Shown piece by piece: positions 11,081 through 26,000 of a stretch of 64,000 nucleotides of DNA. A model generated the notes under the pieces. It saw only the letters and a list, made by a program, of their open reading frames with translations. It ran no database searches and was not told the DNA's origin. The stretch is from Heptranchias perlo (Eukaryota). The stretch is from the NCBI RefSeq assembly GCF_035084215.1, contig NC_090338.1, forward strand, positions 15,872,001 through 15,936,000, in the 5' to 3' direction. Both the position numbers and the translations under genes were made by a program. Each line of letters starts with the position of its first letter. Within the stretch, counting starts at the first letter, position 1.

Positions 11081-14000
11081 GTAAGTGCCTTTTTTCCACC
11101 AATCACATTCATATTGTTTGACTTTATCATCGTGTTTAATGAAATCACGCACCTACTATTCAGAAAGCAAGTAAGGTCTTTATTTTCATGTCCCTGCTCC
11201 TTTAAACAGGATGAGGAAGTTTTCTTTTCAGATTCAATCAATGGAACAACTTAATAAAATAAAAAATGTTAACATATTTCTCATTGCTCTTCATCTCCTT
11301 TTCCCGATCTATCGATCACTCTGTTTATCCATTCATCTGTCCATCTACTCTTACATATCGCAAACTTCATCACACAGCAAGTTGTCACATTTCAAAGTGT
11401 CACACTCACTCTGTGAAGCACTTTCTATATTCCATGATATTTGATAATTCAACAGCCTAACAGATTGGATGTGATATAGAATGGTTTCAAAAAGAATAAC
11501 TATATTTAAATGTCAATGAATGTTTATAAAATCAGGAATAATTGAGAATCGTTTGTTGTTTGAGCCTGGACAACTCACAGCTACAGTTTGATCAAACATA
11601 ATTTGTAAAAGTCTAAGAATGTTTGTCAATGTTGCTCACTTTGGGTTACATTTGGATTTACTGTCCAAACTTTGTGTTTAAACTTTACTGTTAATACAGT
11701 CTGCACGGAGCCATTTGTTTTTGATGTGATGTGAGTTGCTATTTAATCAAGACATGTGGGGGGAATTTTAACCTCCTAGAACGGGTGGGTTGGGAACGGG
11801 TGGGATGTTAAAATAATAGAAATTTGCAGCGCGATCGCAACCCGGCTCCAACGCGGCTACTTCCGAGTTTAAGGGAGGCGGGTCGGGAGAGGGAGACCAA
11901 CCTGCTCTCAGGAGGCGGGTCAGTCAGTAAAAGCTTTCAATGAGGCTGCGTGTCTCCTTTTTACCGAATTTTCATTTTTAACCCACGGAGGCCGGGTTTC
12001 GCGGGCCGCAGGATTCCCGGCAGATAAAAGGAGGGGAGAAAGGCTGGATCCATGAGGTAAGTGCATTTAAATCACCGCTAGGGGGCCAGGAGGAGCAGGA
12101 GTGCTTCCCACAGCACTCCCAAAGCTCCCCGCAGTTTCTCTCCCACGAGATCCTCTCCATCCTGATACTGCCCCCTGTAGAGCAGGAGTTGCAAGGAAAT
12201 GTGGAGCCTTTATTTTCTGTAACATGGGATTCAGCCTTGTCCTCTCTTTTTATTTAGAAACATAGAAACATGGAAAATAGGAGCAGGAGTAGGCCATTCG
12301 GCCCTTTGAGCCTGCTCCGCCGTTCAATATGATCATGGCTGATCCTCTATCTTAATACCATATTCCTGCTCTCTCCCCATACCCCTTGATGCCTTTTGTG
12401 TCTTGAAATCTCGCTCGCTCCTTCATAAATATATTCAGTCTGTCTAGCCCTGTCAGAATTTTATATGTTTCAAGGAGATCCCCTCTCATTCTTCTAAACT
12501 CGAGTGAATACAGGCCGAGTCGACCCAATCTCTCCTCATACGAGAGTCCTGCCATCCCAGGAATCAGTCTGGTGAACCTTCACTGCAGTCCCTTTATTGC
12601 AAGTATATCCTTTCTTAGGTAAGGATTTGATTATTTTTTGTAGTAATGTTGTATGTTCTGATAACTAGGAATAGATACACTGAATGTATAATGGAATTGT
12701 TCTGTTTTTCTCTGTAACACTGCCTGCAGTGAAGGCGACATGATACAGTGCTTCCTCCTTGTGTATTAGTGCATCATTGTAACCTTCTCTGCACTGAACT
12801 CCTCAATGAAGGAGCCTTGCCGATCTTTTGGGATCATAATGGGAGAGGATTCTGCTCTCCCTTCTTGCCCAATTTTGGATAGATTGTGGTCGGCAGAGTC
12901 AGAAAGTGGGGGTGTGGTTCCGACGGCCTGCTCCCTGCAGATTGTCATCACTTCACTGAATATATGGACCGAAATATGGACAGGTTTATTCAAAGAGCGT
13001 GGAGTGACCAAGTGTTATCTGATGTTACATTCTCCATCAATACTGCCACAGCGATGCTGGATCACAAAGGACAGCAGCATGTTCCCAGCATCCAGCGTTG
13101 CAATGGTGTGTGGGAGGGGAATTAAGTTTCAAAGATCTTTCTGAAGCAAGTCAATTGATCATGAGGTGATCAATCACACGGCCAAATTTGTAATTTTGCA
13201 AAAGTTGCCCCTCCTCCTCTGCTGCCTCACAGGTATTCAGTCCTGATCTGCTGCATGCACTTGAGACCTACAGCAATCATCTTCCTCCCTCTCCCAGGTG
13301 GGTTCCTCGGATCAAAGCACGAATCCTGCTGGGAGCCGCCATAATTATGGAAATTAGGCTGGCCTGAGAAAATTCCCTGGGGTTTGCGGTGGGGGAAGAC
13401 AGAGTCTGTCACGCTGACCTACAGCCAGATTATGGCAAAATGGAAAATCCTGCCTCCCTTTGTTATAGGTAGTCCTGTGGGTAGCCTGGTCACCGGTGGT
13501 CCAGGAGAAGCAACAACTTACTGTGCATTGCACAAGAGGAGAGGTCACTGACTGGAGAGTCTAGAACTAGGGGTCATAGTCTCAGGATAAGGGGTGAGCG
13601 ATTTAGTACTGAGGTGAGGAGGAATTTCTTCACTCAGAGGGTGGTGAATCTTTGGAATTCTCTACCCGAGGGCTGTGGATGCTGAGTCACTGAGTACATT
13701 CAAAACAGAGATCAACAGATTTCTAGATATTAAAGGCACCAAGGGATATGGGGATCGGGCAGGGAAGTAGAGTTGAGATCGAAGATCAGCTATGATCTTA
13801 TTAAATGGCAGATCAGGCTCAAGAGGCTGTATGACCTACTCCTGCTCCTATTTCTTATGTTCTTATGTAGACCACTTTTAAAGATCGTTGTCCTGATTTT
13901 TGAGCCAGAATTGATATGACTGCATCAGTACTGAATTCAATTTTAGGAGAATGCTGATTATTGCGACAGTATTTCAAATTTCTTAACAATATGGGAGGAA

Positions 14001-17000
14001 CGATTCCCCTTCCGCACTCCCAGCAAATGCTGGAAATACATATTGTGAAATTGGACACCACCAGCCCATGAGGTCAGAGTGCAGTGGCCGAAATTTACCC
14101 TCTAATGTCTTAAAGTATCACTGGATTAGGCCTGATTATTCCAGACAGACAGCTCTACACAGGGGCGTGTCTGTGTCATTGCTGAATCCATTGAATATAA
14201 AAATATGACTGAAAATATATGAAGTCCAATATTAATAATTACAAACATGCGACTAAGGAGTTGCGATTTGATATTAAAATGTTTACATTGTTCCTCTTTC
14301 TCGCAGGAAACCCAAATCATATTTATTTTTTGGACAAGAGAAATGACTTTCCACTAAAAGGACCAGACAATCCTGGAAATGGCCCTGTTGTCTGGGAATG
14401 GAAACCACACTCAGGGCAACCAATCCAGCGGCTGGTTACTTTTTACAAAGATTATTATGGCCGGTGGAATGTACAATGGAGCGATCACTTTAGAAACAAT
14501 GACTTGTACTCGATGATACAGCGGGATCCGGGTACCATTAATCTGAGAATTCGAAATCCCACCTTTGAACTTGCGGGATTGTTCACCTGGACTCAGACAC
14601 AGCCCAGAAATAAAATCCGGAAACAGTACGAAATATTTGGGATCAAAGGTGAGTGGGACAAAGACTAGAAAAGGTTCAATAAATTTATTCTCTGTAAATA
14701 ATTTCATGTGTAAAGATAAGAGATTGACATGATTACGTGAGATTTATATCACCCAGTGCAGAGTGCATCTCTCATTAAAACAACCAGGGGAAAGATTTTG
14801 TTCATTATTTCCCCTGAAATGGTCAACATGAGTGAAAGCATTTTGACAATTTCACCACAAGTAGCAAAATGAGAAAATCACCCTTTCCAGAGAGTATTCT
14901 GATCTATACACTGATGGACTCTCTGTAAAATGTAATGAATTCTGTTATGAAACCAATAGTTCACTTGTAGTAGTAGGCCCCAGTAACCTGGGACAGGTAT
15001 AAGTTTGGCCAGTATATTGCTATCCAGTGAACCTATTCGATGTGTCACTTAGTTGAGGTTCAAGAGTATGTCAAGTGTCCGGAGAACTTGTCCTCTGCCA
15101 AGGAGTTAACACCTTCAGGAAATGAAGGAGAAACATGGCAGAGAAAAATAGATAAATTGCATCAACTCAATTGTACTTAAAACCATTAGTACAAATAAAT
15201 CATAATCTTTAGAGTCTGCCAACTAAGCATATTGCTAAACAGCGACATACCCTGATTGGTTGATGTGTTTTAACATCTAAATGAGGCTAAGGTCACTGTC
15301 AAATGAATTTGATACAAAATATAATCCAATCATGAAGTGTCACAGAGACCAAAATATGATCCTGACTGTACTTGCCCTGGACCAGTGCTTCTGAGGTTTT
15401 GGCCCCAACTGCACCAGAATGAGTTGACCATAATAGAAAATCAACTAATTTACATTTTTTAGTGATGCTCATGGTACACAGTGCATGGTACACGGGGAAT
15501 GCCACCTGGGTTCTGTACCAGAGTGTTAGGCATCAGCAGCCAATGGATGCCATCATTATTTTCACCTGGCGTTCAAAACAAAGTCCCTGTTGAAGATTTG
15601 ATTATTACTTGCCATGTTGTTGCTGGGACTGAAAGTAAGGTTGGGCATTTTCGAACACGCAGTTCCTGAAGTGCCGTTCCTCATGAATACTCAATGATTG
15701 GGGCCCTGCACAGATGCATTTCAGGAGCCCCATAATTTTACTAACCTCTGGGGCTGTACTTTTGATGTGGATTTTGTGCACATGCTCCCTGTGCATGTGT
15801 TGGTTGGTCTTACTGAAGTGTGCTAGGCACATTGAGAACACAATATGCCATGAGCTTATTCCATGTCTGATAATATGGGCACTACATTTCCAGCACACCC
15901 TCCTCTGGTGAGTTTCCATCACCTGTCTATTGAGGGGTGGGCATCCACAAATGCCATCCAGACTATGTAACCATGACCTGACCCCGGATATTCCCACAGG
16001 GTCAGCAATAAAGCCCTGCTCTGCCTCACTTAGAATTTTTGGCCTCACTATCATATTCTACGGCTGAGATGCACTTGTGTGTAATCTGGTCTGATTCTTT
16101 AATGAAACAAGGTACAATAATGAGCTCATCCTAAGGTCAGTTAGAACCTAATTGTTCTAGAATGCAACTACTTACAGTAAACTGTACTACAATTTATTTA
16201 TCTGTTTTCACAGTTGAGTCAAGTCCACAGCATGCTGTGGTGGGCAGTGACGTTATACTCAGCTGTACCATCTCCAAACTCTCAGATACAGTCAGTCTTC
16301 AATGGAAACAAAGGGACTCATCTCAGCAGAACAGGAGGAACACTGATCATATCCGAATAAAGAACACAGTCTATCTGATAATCAAACATGTTAAAGTAGA
16401 GGATAAGGAGTTGTATGTGTGTGAAGTGCAGGAAAATGGATCCATTATTCTCACAGGAAAAGCAGATTTTCCTGTGACCCAGGGTAGGTGCAGTTACCTC
16501 ACAGTAGATATTAAACAGTTACTAATGTAAAACTGTTACATACAAAGTGGAGTCATACATGTCAAACATCAACACTTCATGCTTACAGTCAGCATGTGGG
16601 GGCCTGGTGCACATGTCAACATTGAACAAAATACTGGCCGCTCTCCCCTCAGTGCCACTCCTAACCGAGTGCTGCTGCTATTTCAAGTACTCACTGGACA
16701 ATAAGTAAAGTATTCCCAACCTTCTCACTTTGTTAGCTGCCAAGTTGTATTGCAGCAGCAATTAAAAAGACTGTGGGATAGTCTTGTTTAGCAAATTGAA
16801 GGATTTAGCAGAAGTAGAAAGCACAGGTATAAACTCTGTGCAAAATGTTACATATAGGAGACAGATGTTCACTGTGAAATAACCTACAAGTTGTCAACAA
16901 CTCAAACAACAGTGACCTTACTTTAAGGATTATGTTAAAGTGGGCCAAGCCCATGGAGCTGACATGTGCCCATTTTACATGGGTGAGGTGAGCACTGGAG

Positions 17001-20000
17001 GCAGAATTTTTCAAACACTTGTGAAATTCTGCATGGGCCCTTTTTTGAATAATTATTCCATATAAATGAGGATTGTACTTGCCTGAAGGAAACCATATTT
17101 GGGTCAGCAAAATGGATCCGTGCAAAACTTTAGTTCTACACAACCTGCAGCCGCCACCTGCAGGACTCCATGTTACTGACTGAATCTCATAACACTGGGC
17201 CTGTGATGTCATGGTGTCTTCAATAGCACAAAAATCTCATCATATTAAAAATCAAAAAGGTTTCATTGTTTAAACATTTCTGTGGTCTGATGGGAATTGA
17301 ATTCTTCGAAGCTGTAAAATTCTTAAACAGTTCATATCTTTAACAACACTTTAAAAAATGATGTAATGATGATCAAAGCACAAAATAGTTTTATATAATT
17401 GTGGCCAGTAATTATTCCGGGTTTTCTCTGTATCTCGGGACCTGTAAAATTCTAACACTTTGTTCTCTGTCTCTCTCTTGCAGATTTATATGATAAAAGT
17501 TACACACTTTATCGGTCAGGCACAGATCACAGTGAACTCTACCTGATTTGCTATGATTATTATCATTATTATGTTTATTCTTACAATACTGCTGCATGGG
17601 CCTGGAGGTCACATCATCTTCAGAATCAGGAGAAAGAAATAGCATCTGCTTCGAAATCTGAGCACATCAATGTAAACAGGACCTACTTTGGGAATCGACT
17701 GGTTCCCACAATGGCAAATTTTAATGGCGAGAACTTCAGTCTCAGGATTGTCCCTGTACTGTTTGAAGATGCCGGAGTTTACACATGTTCTCTGGGATCA
17801 TATGAATATGTGACCATTAAACTAATCACAGTTAAAGGTAGGAGACAGATTGTTGCCGTTGTTTTCAGTAATAAAGTCATTGTTTAAAATCTAAATGATT
17901 TTCTTGTTTACACAGTCACAGCTGAACCATCTGATGCAGTGACTGAGGGAGACACCGTTACCCTGACCTGCTCTGTCTCTGATGTCACTGAATCAATCAG
18001 ACTTGTTTGGATAAATAGTGATGGCAAAACTGTTGGAGAAAAAACATTGAATGGATGGAATGGGGAAGAGAAATCATTGAGACTGAATATTCAGAAAGTT
18101 GACAGAGGCAAAGAGAACTGGATATGTGCTTTGTTTTTTCAAAATAGGCCCCAGGTTTTCGTCCCGTACTATCTGGAGCCCAGTGGTGAGTGACATATGG
18201 TTTGATCTTTATAGTTATAACCTCGATAGAATATTCTTGTCACTTATTGGTCTTTTTGCCAGAAGTAACCCATCCTTTATATCCTGTGTGTGAGGCTCTA
18301 CCAGTGCTGCAGAGCCTCAGAAAATTTACCCTGTGATAACTCAGCAAAGCCTGGGATCGAGACTGGAAATTTCCTGGTCTGTATGTCTCAGCTACGTTCT
18401 TGGTAAAAACGCAGAGCCAGGGTAAGACCTTTTTTTTTGACAGCAAATTTGTTCAGGAGCCGTTTCCATTGGGTTCCTTATCCAAAATCAATCAGAATGT
18501 CGTGGCAGAATACCCAAAAAAAATCACAGCAAAATGTAATTCCCAGCTGCAAAAATTGCAATTGAGACTCTCCACTCTTCAGGCTCTGAAAAATTCTTCT
18601 TTTCTGCCTGTCCCAGCTGATCCTGGAAACAACTGTTTCTCATCACTGTCATTCTAATTTCGGGCTGGTGCATTGTGAGTGCAAAAGCAGGAAACTCGAG
18701 CCTGCAGAGTCATTGGCCCTCATTATTGCATATATTACATAGAATTTACAGCATAGAAACAGGCCATTTGGCCCAACTGGTCTATGCCAGTGTTTATGCT
18801 CCACAAGAGCCTCTTTGCCCGTTACTTCATCCAACCCTACACGCATATCCTTCTATTCCTTGCTCCCTTATATACTTATTTCGTTTTCCCTTAAAGGCAT
18901 CTGTGCTATTCGCCTCAACTACTCCAATTGGTAGCAAGTTTCACGTTCCAGCAACTCTCTGGGTTAAGAAGTTTCTCCTCAACTTTTTATTGCATTAATG
19001 AGTGACTATATCTTGTACTTATGGCCCCTAATTTTGAACATCCCCCTAAGTGGAAACATCTTCTCTACATTTATCCTATCAAAGTCCTTTATAATTTCAA
19101 AGATCTGTAAAAGGTCAGCTCTTTGCCTTCACTTTTCTAGAGAAAAGAGCCCCAGCCTGTTCGATCTTTCCTGATAGTTATAACCTCTCTGTTCTGGTAT
19201 CATCCTTGTAAATCTTTTTCGTATCTTCTCAAGTGCCTCCATATCTATTTTGTAATATGGAGATTTTTGAGCTCCTCCTTTTGAGGAGATTACAAGGAGG
19301 GGCGATGAGGATAGCGTATTTGATGTAATCTACTTAGCAAGGCTTTTGACAAGGTCCCACATGGCAGATTGGTCAGAAAAGTAAAAGCCCATGGGATCCA
19401 AGGGAAAGTGACAAATTGAATCCAAAATTGGCTCAGTGGCAGGCAGCAAAGGGTAATGGTTAACGGGTGTTTTTGTGACTGGAAGGCTGTTTCCAGTGGG
19501 GTTCCACAGGGTTCAGTACTAGGTCCCTTGCTTTTTTGGTATATATTAATGATTTAGACCGAAATGCAAGGGGCATGATTAAGAAGTTTGCAGATGATAC
19601 AAAAATTGGCCATGTGGTTGATAGTGAGGAGGAAAGCTGTAGACTGCAGGAAGATATCAATGGATTAGTCAGGTGGGCAGAAAAATGGGAAATGGAATTC
19701 AATCTGGAGAACAGGCTATTTTAGATCTAATATTGAGCAATGAGAAAGGGCTAATTAATAATCTTGTTGTATAGGAGCCCTTAGGAAAGAGTGACCACAA
19801 TATGATAGAATTCTTCATTAAGTTTGAAAGTGATGTAGTTCAATCTGAAACTAGGGTCATAAATCCAAACAAAGGAAATTACAAAAGTATAAGGTGCAAG
19901 TTGGTGATGGTTGATTGGGGAACTACAATAAAAGGTATGATGGTGGACAGGCAATGGCTAGCATTTAAAGAATTAATACATAATTTGCAACAAATATATA

Positions 20001-23000
20001 TACCTTTAAGGCACAAAAATCCAACAGGAAAAGTGGTCCAACTATGGCTAACAAGAGAAATTAAAGAGAATATTAAATCAAAGGAAGAGGCATATAAAGT
20101 TGCCAGAAAAAGCAGTAAATCTGAGGATTGGGAGCATTTTAGAATTCAGCAAAGGAGGATCAAGAAATTGATAAAGAAAGGGAAAATAGAATGAGAGTAA
20201 ACTAGTGAGAAACATAAAAGCGGACTGTAAAAGCTTCTATAGGTATGTAAAAAGGAAAAGACTGGCGAAGGCAAATGTGGGTCCCTTACAGACACAGACA
20301 GGAGAATTTATAATGGGGAATAAGGAAATGGCAGAGAAATTAAACAAATACTTTGGGCTCGATTTTTGGACCTCTGAGCCGGCAGGTTCGTGGCTGGGGA
20401 GGGCTCCGAAAATCGGGGATTCCCGGGGCGGGTCCGGAGCCCGGCTCCAAGCGTCCCACTTCCGGGTTCCCCAGTGATGCGCTGACATGGACGCGCAGCC
20501 CCCGCATGTGGGACTCCCGCCAGCAATTAAAGCCGGCGGGATGCCACTTAAACTAATTAAGTAGGTACTTCAGGTCATTTGCAGACCTGATTGATATGAT
20601 ATTTTAGGAGGGGTGGGATTTTCCAAACAACTGAGACTGTTTCCCGTACTGGGGGAAACACTCCCAGTTGAAATGGATGTGTTGCAGCCACCAGCCTGTG
20701 GCAGCTGCAAAGGTCCATTTGACAGGTGGGGAGGGGGGAGCCCTCACTCATTGCAGGAGGCCACTCTGACAAAATTTGGCCTCCTCCACCCTCCTTCTGA
20801 CAATCAAAGTCACCAACTTGCAACCTCAACCCCGGTGTACAAACACATTTACCTACCTTGCGGACCCCCTCAAACGTACATCATCCGGATGGGGGACGCC
20901 ATAGCTGCAGTCATGACCTCCTCGGAGGACGAACAGCATCACTGGTCACACCGTCCACCTCTGACACGTGGAGCTCCACAACACAGTGCTGTGACACATC
21001 CACCTGCACAGCAGGTGGGAGGGCAACCGCAGAGAGAGATGCGTCGCAGAAGGTACTACCCTCGCCACAGGGTCTACAGACCAAGGCTCAGCTTCCTAGA
21101 CCTCTCTGAGCAGTAGTGCACATGGAGGCTCAGAGTCACTCGACTTATACTCATGGACATCTGCAGCCTCCTTCATGCCGAGCTGCTCCCAGCTGGCTCG
21201 AGCACCATCTTCTTACCTGTCGCTGTCAAAGTCACCACTGCCCTCAACAACTTCTCCTCCACATCCTTCCAGGGTGCCACCGGGGACATCGCCGACGTCT
21301 CTCAGTCGTCTGCACAAAAGAGCCCTGAAAATACACCTACAACCACTCTGCAGTGACACAATGGGTGGCATCAGTTGCGAGTCTTCATACTGATCCTCAG
21401 GAAAGGGCATTATTGCACAAACCAGACACGATTTGCAAAGATGTGGCAGTAGTGGTGCCAATATAATATGTAATGTGAGTTGATCAGAAATCAAATATGA
21501 GTAAAAACCATGACAAACCCTCAAACACCCTTGTGCATTCCCTTCATGCTCATGAAACATTTGCCTTACGCTTCCTACTGCACATATGTGATGCATGACC
21601 TGTGGATGCAGCACAGGTAGTGGCAGGTTGAGTGAGGCTGACCATGAAAGAGATGCATCAGAGAGTGAGTATGAGACAGAGCCATGAGATTGTATGAGGA
21701 TTGGGTTGAGTGGTAGTGGTGGGATGAGTACTGGCGAGGTGAGTAACTGCAGGTAAGATGCGGATGAGCTTTGAGTGGGTTTGAGGGGTGATGTGATAGA
21801 GTAGTGTTCGCAGTGCAGAAGGAGATGTGGGGTGGGGGCGGTGATGTGGCAGATGGAGTGTAGGGGAGTGAGTAAGTGTACTCACTTTGGCTGACCTACT
21901 TAGGTCATTGAAGCGCCTCCTGCACTGTATGCAGGTGCGTGATATGTTGGTGGTGCTGGTGACCTCCTCTGCCACCTCGAGCCAAGCCTCCCTGGTGGCA
22001 GAGGCAGGCCACTTCCTCCCATCCACTGGGGAGAAGATCTCTGTCCTCCCCCTCCTCCTCACCCCATCCAGTAAGACCTGGAGTAAGGCATCATGAAACC
22101 TGAGAGCAGCCTTTCCCTTGGGCGCTCCATGCTGTAATTTTGCATATTTTCTGCCGCATCATTCAATGCAGGACTGCCCCTTTAAATAGGGCTTCTCCAG
22201 CTGACAACCTATGATGCGCTTGCGCAGTCCGCCCGCTGAGCAGCTTTCCAGCGTGAAACCTGGAAGCAAAGGTAAGTGCCTTCAATTAGTCTGCAATTGC
22301 CCACGCGCCCAGTTGACCCCCCGCTGCTAACCCGCCTCCCTCCTAATATCGGGCCCTTTGTGTCTGTCTTCATGGAAGAAGACACAAAAAAACTCCCAGA
22401 AATACTAGAGAACCAAGGGTCTGGCAAGAATGAGGAACTGAAGGAAATTAGTATTAGTAAAAAAATAGTCGTAGAGAAATTAATGGGACTGAAAGTCGAT
22501 AAATCCCAAAAACCGGATGATCGACATCCCAGGGTTTTGAAAGAGATGGCTATAGAGATAGTGGATGCTTTGGTTGTCATCTTCCAAAATTCTTTTGATT
22601 CTGGAACGGTTCCTGCAGATTGGAGGGTAGCAAATGTAACCCCACTATTTAAGAAAGGAAGGAGAGCGAAAACAGGGAACCACAGACCTGTTAGCCTGAC
22701 ATCTGCACTAGGGAAAATACTAGAATCTATTCTAAAGGATGTGATAACAGGACACTTAGAAAATAATAATAGGATTTGGCAGAGTCAACATGGATTTATG
22801 AAAAGGAAATCATGTTGAACAAACCTATTGGAATTCTTTGAGAATGGAACGATTAGAATAGATAAGGGAGAACCAGTGGATGTGGTGTATTTGGATTTTC
22901 AGAAAGTTTTTGATAAGGTCCCACACAGGAGGTTGGTGAACAAAGTTAGAGCACATGGAATTGGAGGTAATATACTGGCATGGATTGAGAATTGGTTAAT

Positions 23001-26000
23001 GGACAGAAAACAGAGAGTAGCCATAAACGGGTCTTTTTCAGGTCGGCAGACTGTGACTCATGGGGTACCGCAGGGATCGGTGCTTGGGCCCCAGCTATTC
23101 ACAATCTATAACAATGATTTGGATGAGGGGACCAAATGTAATATTTCCAAGTTTGCTGATGACACAAAACTGGGTGGGAATGTGAGTTGTGAGGAGGATG
23201 CAAAGAGGCTTCAAGGGGAGGCTAAGTGAATGGGCAAGAACATGGAAGATGGAATATCATGTGGACAAATGTGAAGTTATCCACATTTGTAGGAAAAACA
23301 GAAATGCAGAGTATTATTTAAATGGTAAGAGATTGGGAAATGTTGATGTTCAAAGGGACCTGGGTGTCCTTGTACATGAGTCACTGAAAGCTAACATGCA
23401 GGTGCAGCAAGCAATTAGGAAGGCAAATGGTATGTTGGCCTTTATTACAAGAGGATTTGAGTACAGAAGTAAAGATGTCTTACTACAATTATATAGGGCC
23501 TTGGTGAGACCGCACCTGGAGTATTGTGTACAATTTTGGTCTCCTTACCTAAGAAAGAATATACTTGCCATAGAGAGAATGCAACAAAGGTTCACTAGAC
23601 TGATTCCTGGGATGGCGGGATTGTCGTATGAGGAGAGATTGAGTAGACTAGGCCTGTATTCTCTAGAGTTTAGGAGAATGAGAGGTGATCTCATTGAAAC
23701 ATACAAAATTCTTACAGGGCTCGACAGGGTAGATGCAAGGAGGATGTTTCCCCTGGCTGGGGAACCGAGAACCAGGGGTCACATTCTCAGAATAAAGGGT
23801 AGGCCGTTTAGGACTGAGATGAGGAGAAATTTCTTCACTCAGAGGGTGGTAAATCTTTGGAATTCTCTACCCCAGACGGTTGTGGAGGCTCAGTCATTGA
23901 GTACATTCAAATCAGAGATCAATAGATTTCTAGATATTAAAGGTATTAAGGGATATGGGGATAGTACAGGAAAATGGCTTTGAGGTAGAAGATCAGCCAT
24001 GATTTTGTTGAATGGCGGAGCAGGCTCAAGGGGCTGGATGGCCTACTCCTGCTCTTATTTCTTATGTTCTTATGTTCTTAAGTGTGAGGGAATGCATTTG
24101 GAGAGGGCAAACAAAGAAACAGAATTCAAAATAAATGGGAAGATACTGGGAGGTGCAGAGGAATAGAGGGACTTTGGAGTGCATGTCCACAGATCCCTGA
24201 AGGTAGCAGGACAGGTACTTTTCTTTAGAATATAAGAGTAGGGAGGTTATGCTAGAACTGTATAAAACACTAGTTAGACCACAGCTTGAGTACTGCATAC
24301 AGTTCGGGTCACCACATTACAGGAAAGATGTGATTGAACGAGAGAGGGTGCAGAGGAGATTTACGAGGATGTTGCCAAGAATGGAGAATTTTAGCTATGA
24401 GGAAAGATGGGATAGGCTGGGGTTGTTTTCATTGGAACAGAGGAGTGAGGGGTGATTTAATTGAGGTGTACAAAATTATGAGGGGCCAAGGTAGAGTGAA
24501 TAGGAAGGACCTATTTCCCTTAGCAGAGGGCTCAGTGACCAGGGGGCATGGGTTTCAGATTATTAAGTAGAAGGATTAGAGGGGAGCTGAGGAGAAATGT
24601 TTTCACCCAGAAGGTGGTGGGGGTTTGGAACTCACTGCCTGAAAGGGTGGTAGAGGCAGAAATACTCAACTCATTTAAAAAGTACTTAGATGTGCACTTG
24701 AAGTGCTGTAACCTACAGGGCTACGGACCAAGTGCTGGAAAGTGGGATTAAGCTGGATAGCTCTTTCTCGGCCGGTATAGACATGATGGGCCAAATGGCC
24801 ACCTTCTAAGCCATAACTTTCTATGATTCTAGAACTGTGTGCTGTCCTCCAAGTGTGGTCTAACCAAGGTTCTATACAAGTTCAACATAACTTCTCTGCT
24901 TTTCAATTCTATCGATCTAGAAATGAACCCCAAATGCTTTGTTTGCTTTTTTAAGGCCTTTTAACCTGCTTCGCTATTTTTAGTGATTTGTGTATCTATA
25001 CCCCCGGATCCCTCTGCTCCTCTATCCCATTTAGACTCTTATTTTCCAATAAGTATGTGGCCTCCTTATTCCTCCTACCAAAATGCACCACCTCACTCTT
25101 ATGTGGATTGAAATTCATTTGCCATTTACACGCCCATTCTGCAAGTTTATTTATGTCTTCTTATATTTTGTCGCAGTCTTTCTCAGTATTAACTATACCT
25201 ACCAATTTAGTGTGATCCTCAAATTTTAAAATTGTACTTCCGATTCCCGAGTCCAAATCATTTCTGTAAACGGCGAACAGCACTGATCCCTGCAGAACAC
25301 CACTTCCCACCGTCCGCCAGTCTGAGTAAATGGGCGCTAAATTGGGCCGTGTAGCGCCCGTTGTTTCTGCGCTACACGGCCTCTCCGACATCCAAGATGG
25401 CGACTTGGATGCGCACGCACGTTTCCTGCGTGATGTGCGCCAGACGCCAACTTGATATAGGAGTTTGCGCAGGCGCAGATAAGAAACGCTGGAATCATGT
25501 AAAGTAGGGAGAAAATGGTTTCAATCAGTGTGCAACGCTGATTTAAAGTGAAAGACACCATTTTGGGACTTAACTCAATGCACAATCTTAACCCCAACCA
25601 TCTGAACGTGTCTTAGAATGTCTGGAGGACACCCCACCAGTGCAGGATTTACAGGTTAGTGGCGGGATTATTGCCTCTGGCTGCTGTGCATTTGCGAATG
25701 TTTTTGTGGGAGAAGTTTGGAGAGCTGTTCTGCATATGGCAGTTGATGCTAGCTCAATTGTGAAGCATTTTAAAGCAGAGATTGATGGATTTCTGTGAAC
25801 CAAGGGTATTAAGGGATATTGACTAAGGCTGGTATATGGAGTTAGGTCACAGGTCAACAATGATCTTCTTGAATGGCAGAACAAGCTTGAGAGGCTGAAT
25901 GCCACTGCCACTTGCTGCCTCCTGATAAGCGCCACCTTCTCCTGCAAGAAAGCGGGAGGTGTGCCTGGGTGATGTGCCTATCATGGTTGAATAGCTGCCA

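Larger units (their letters stand above)
19265..24830 (+). mobile_element. CR1 LINE RT 3' part (19265-19710 + 24080-24830), split by a younger CR1
   Basis: VPQGSV, FADDTK, RPQLEYC motifs. Confidence 0.8.

Noticed and set aside
12720-13300. Possible old transposase remnant or extra exon in intron 1
   Set aside because: Only weak motif hints, with no consistent frame or splice sites.
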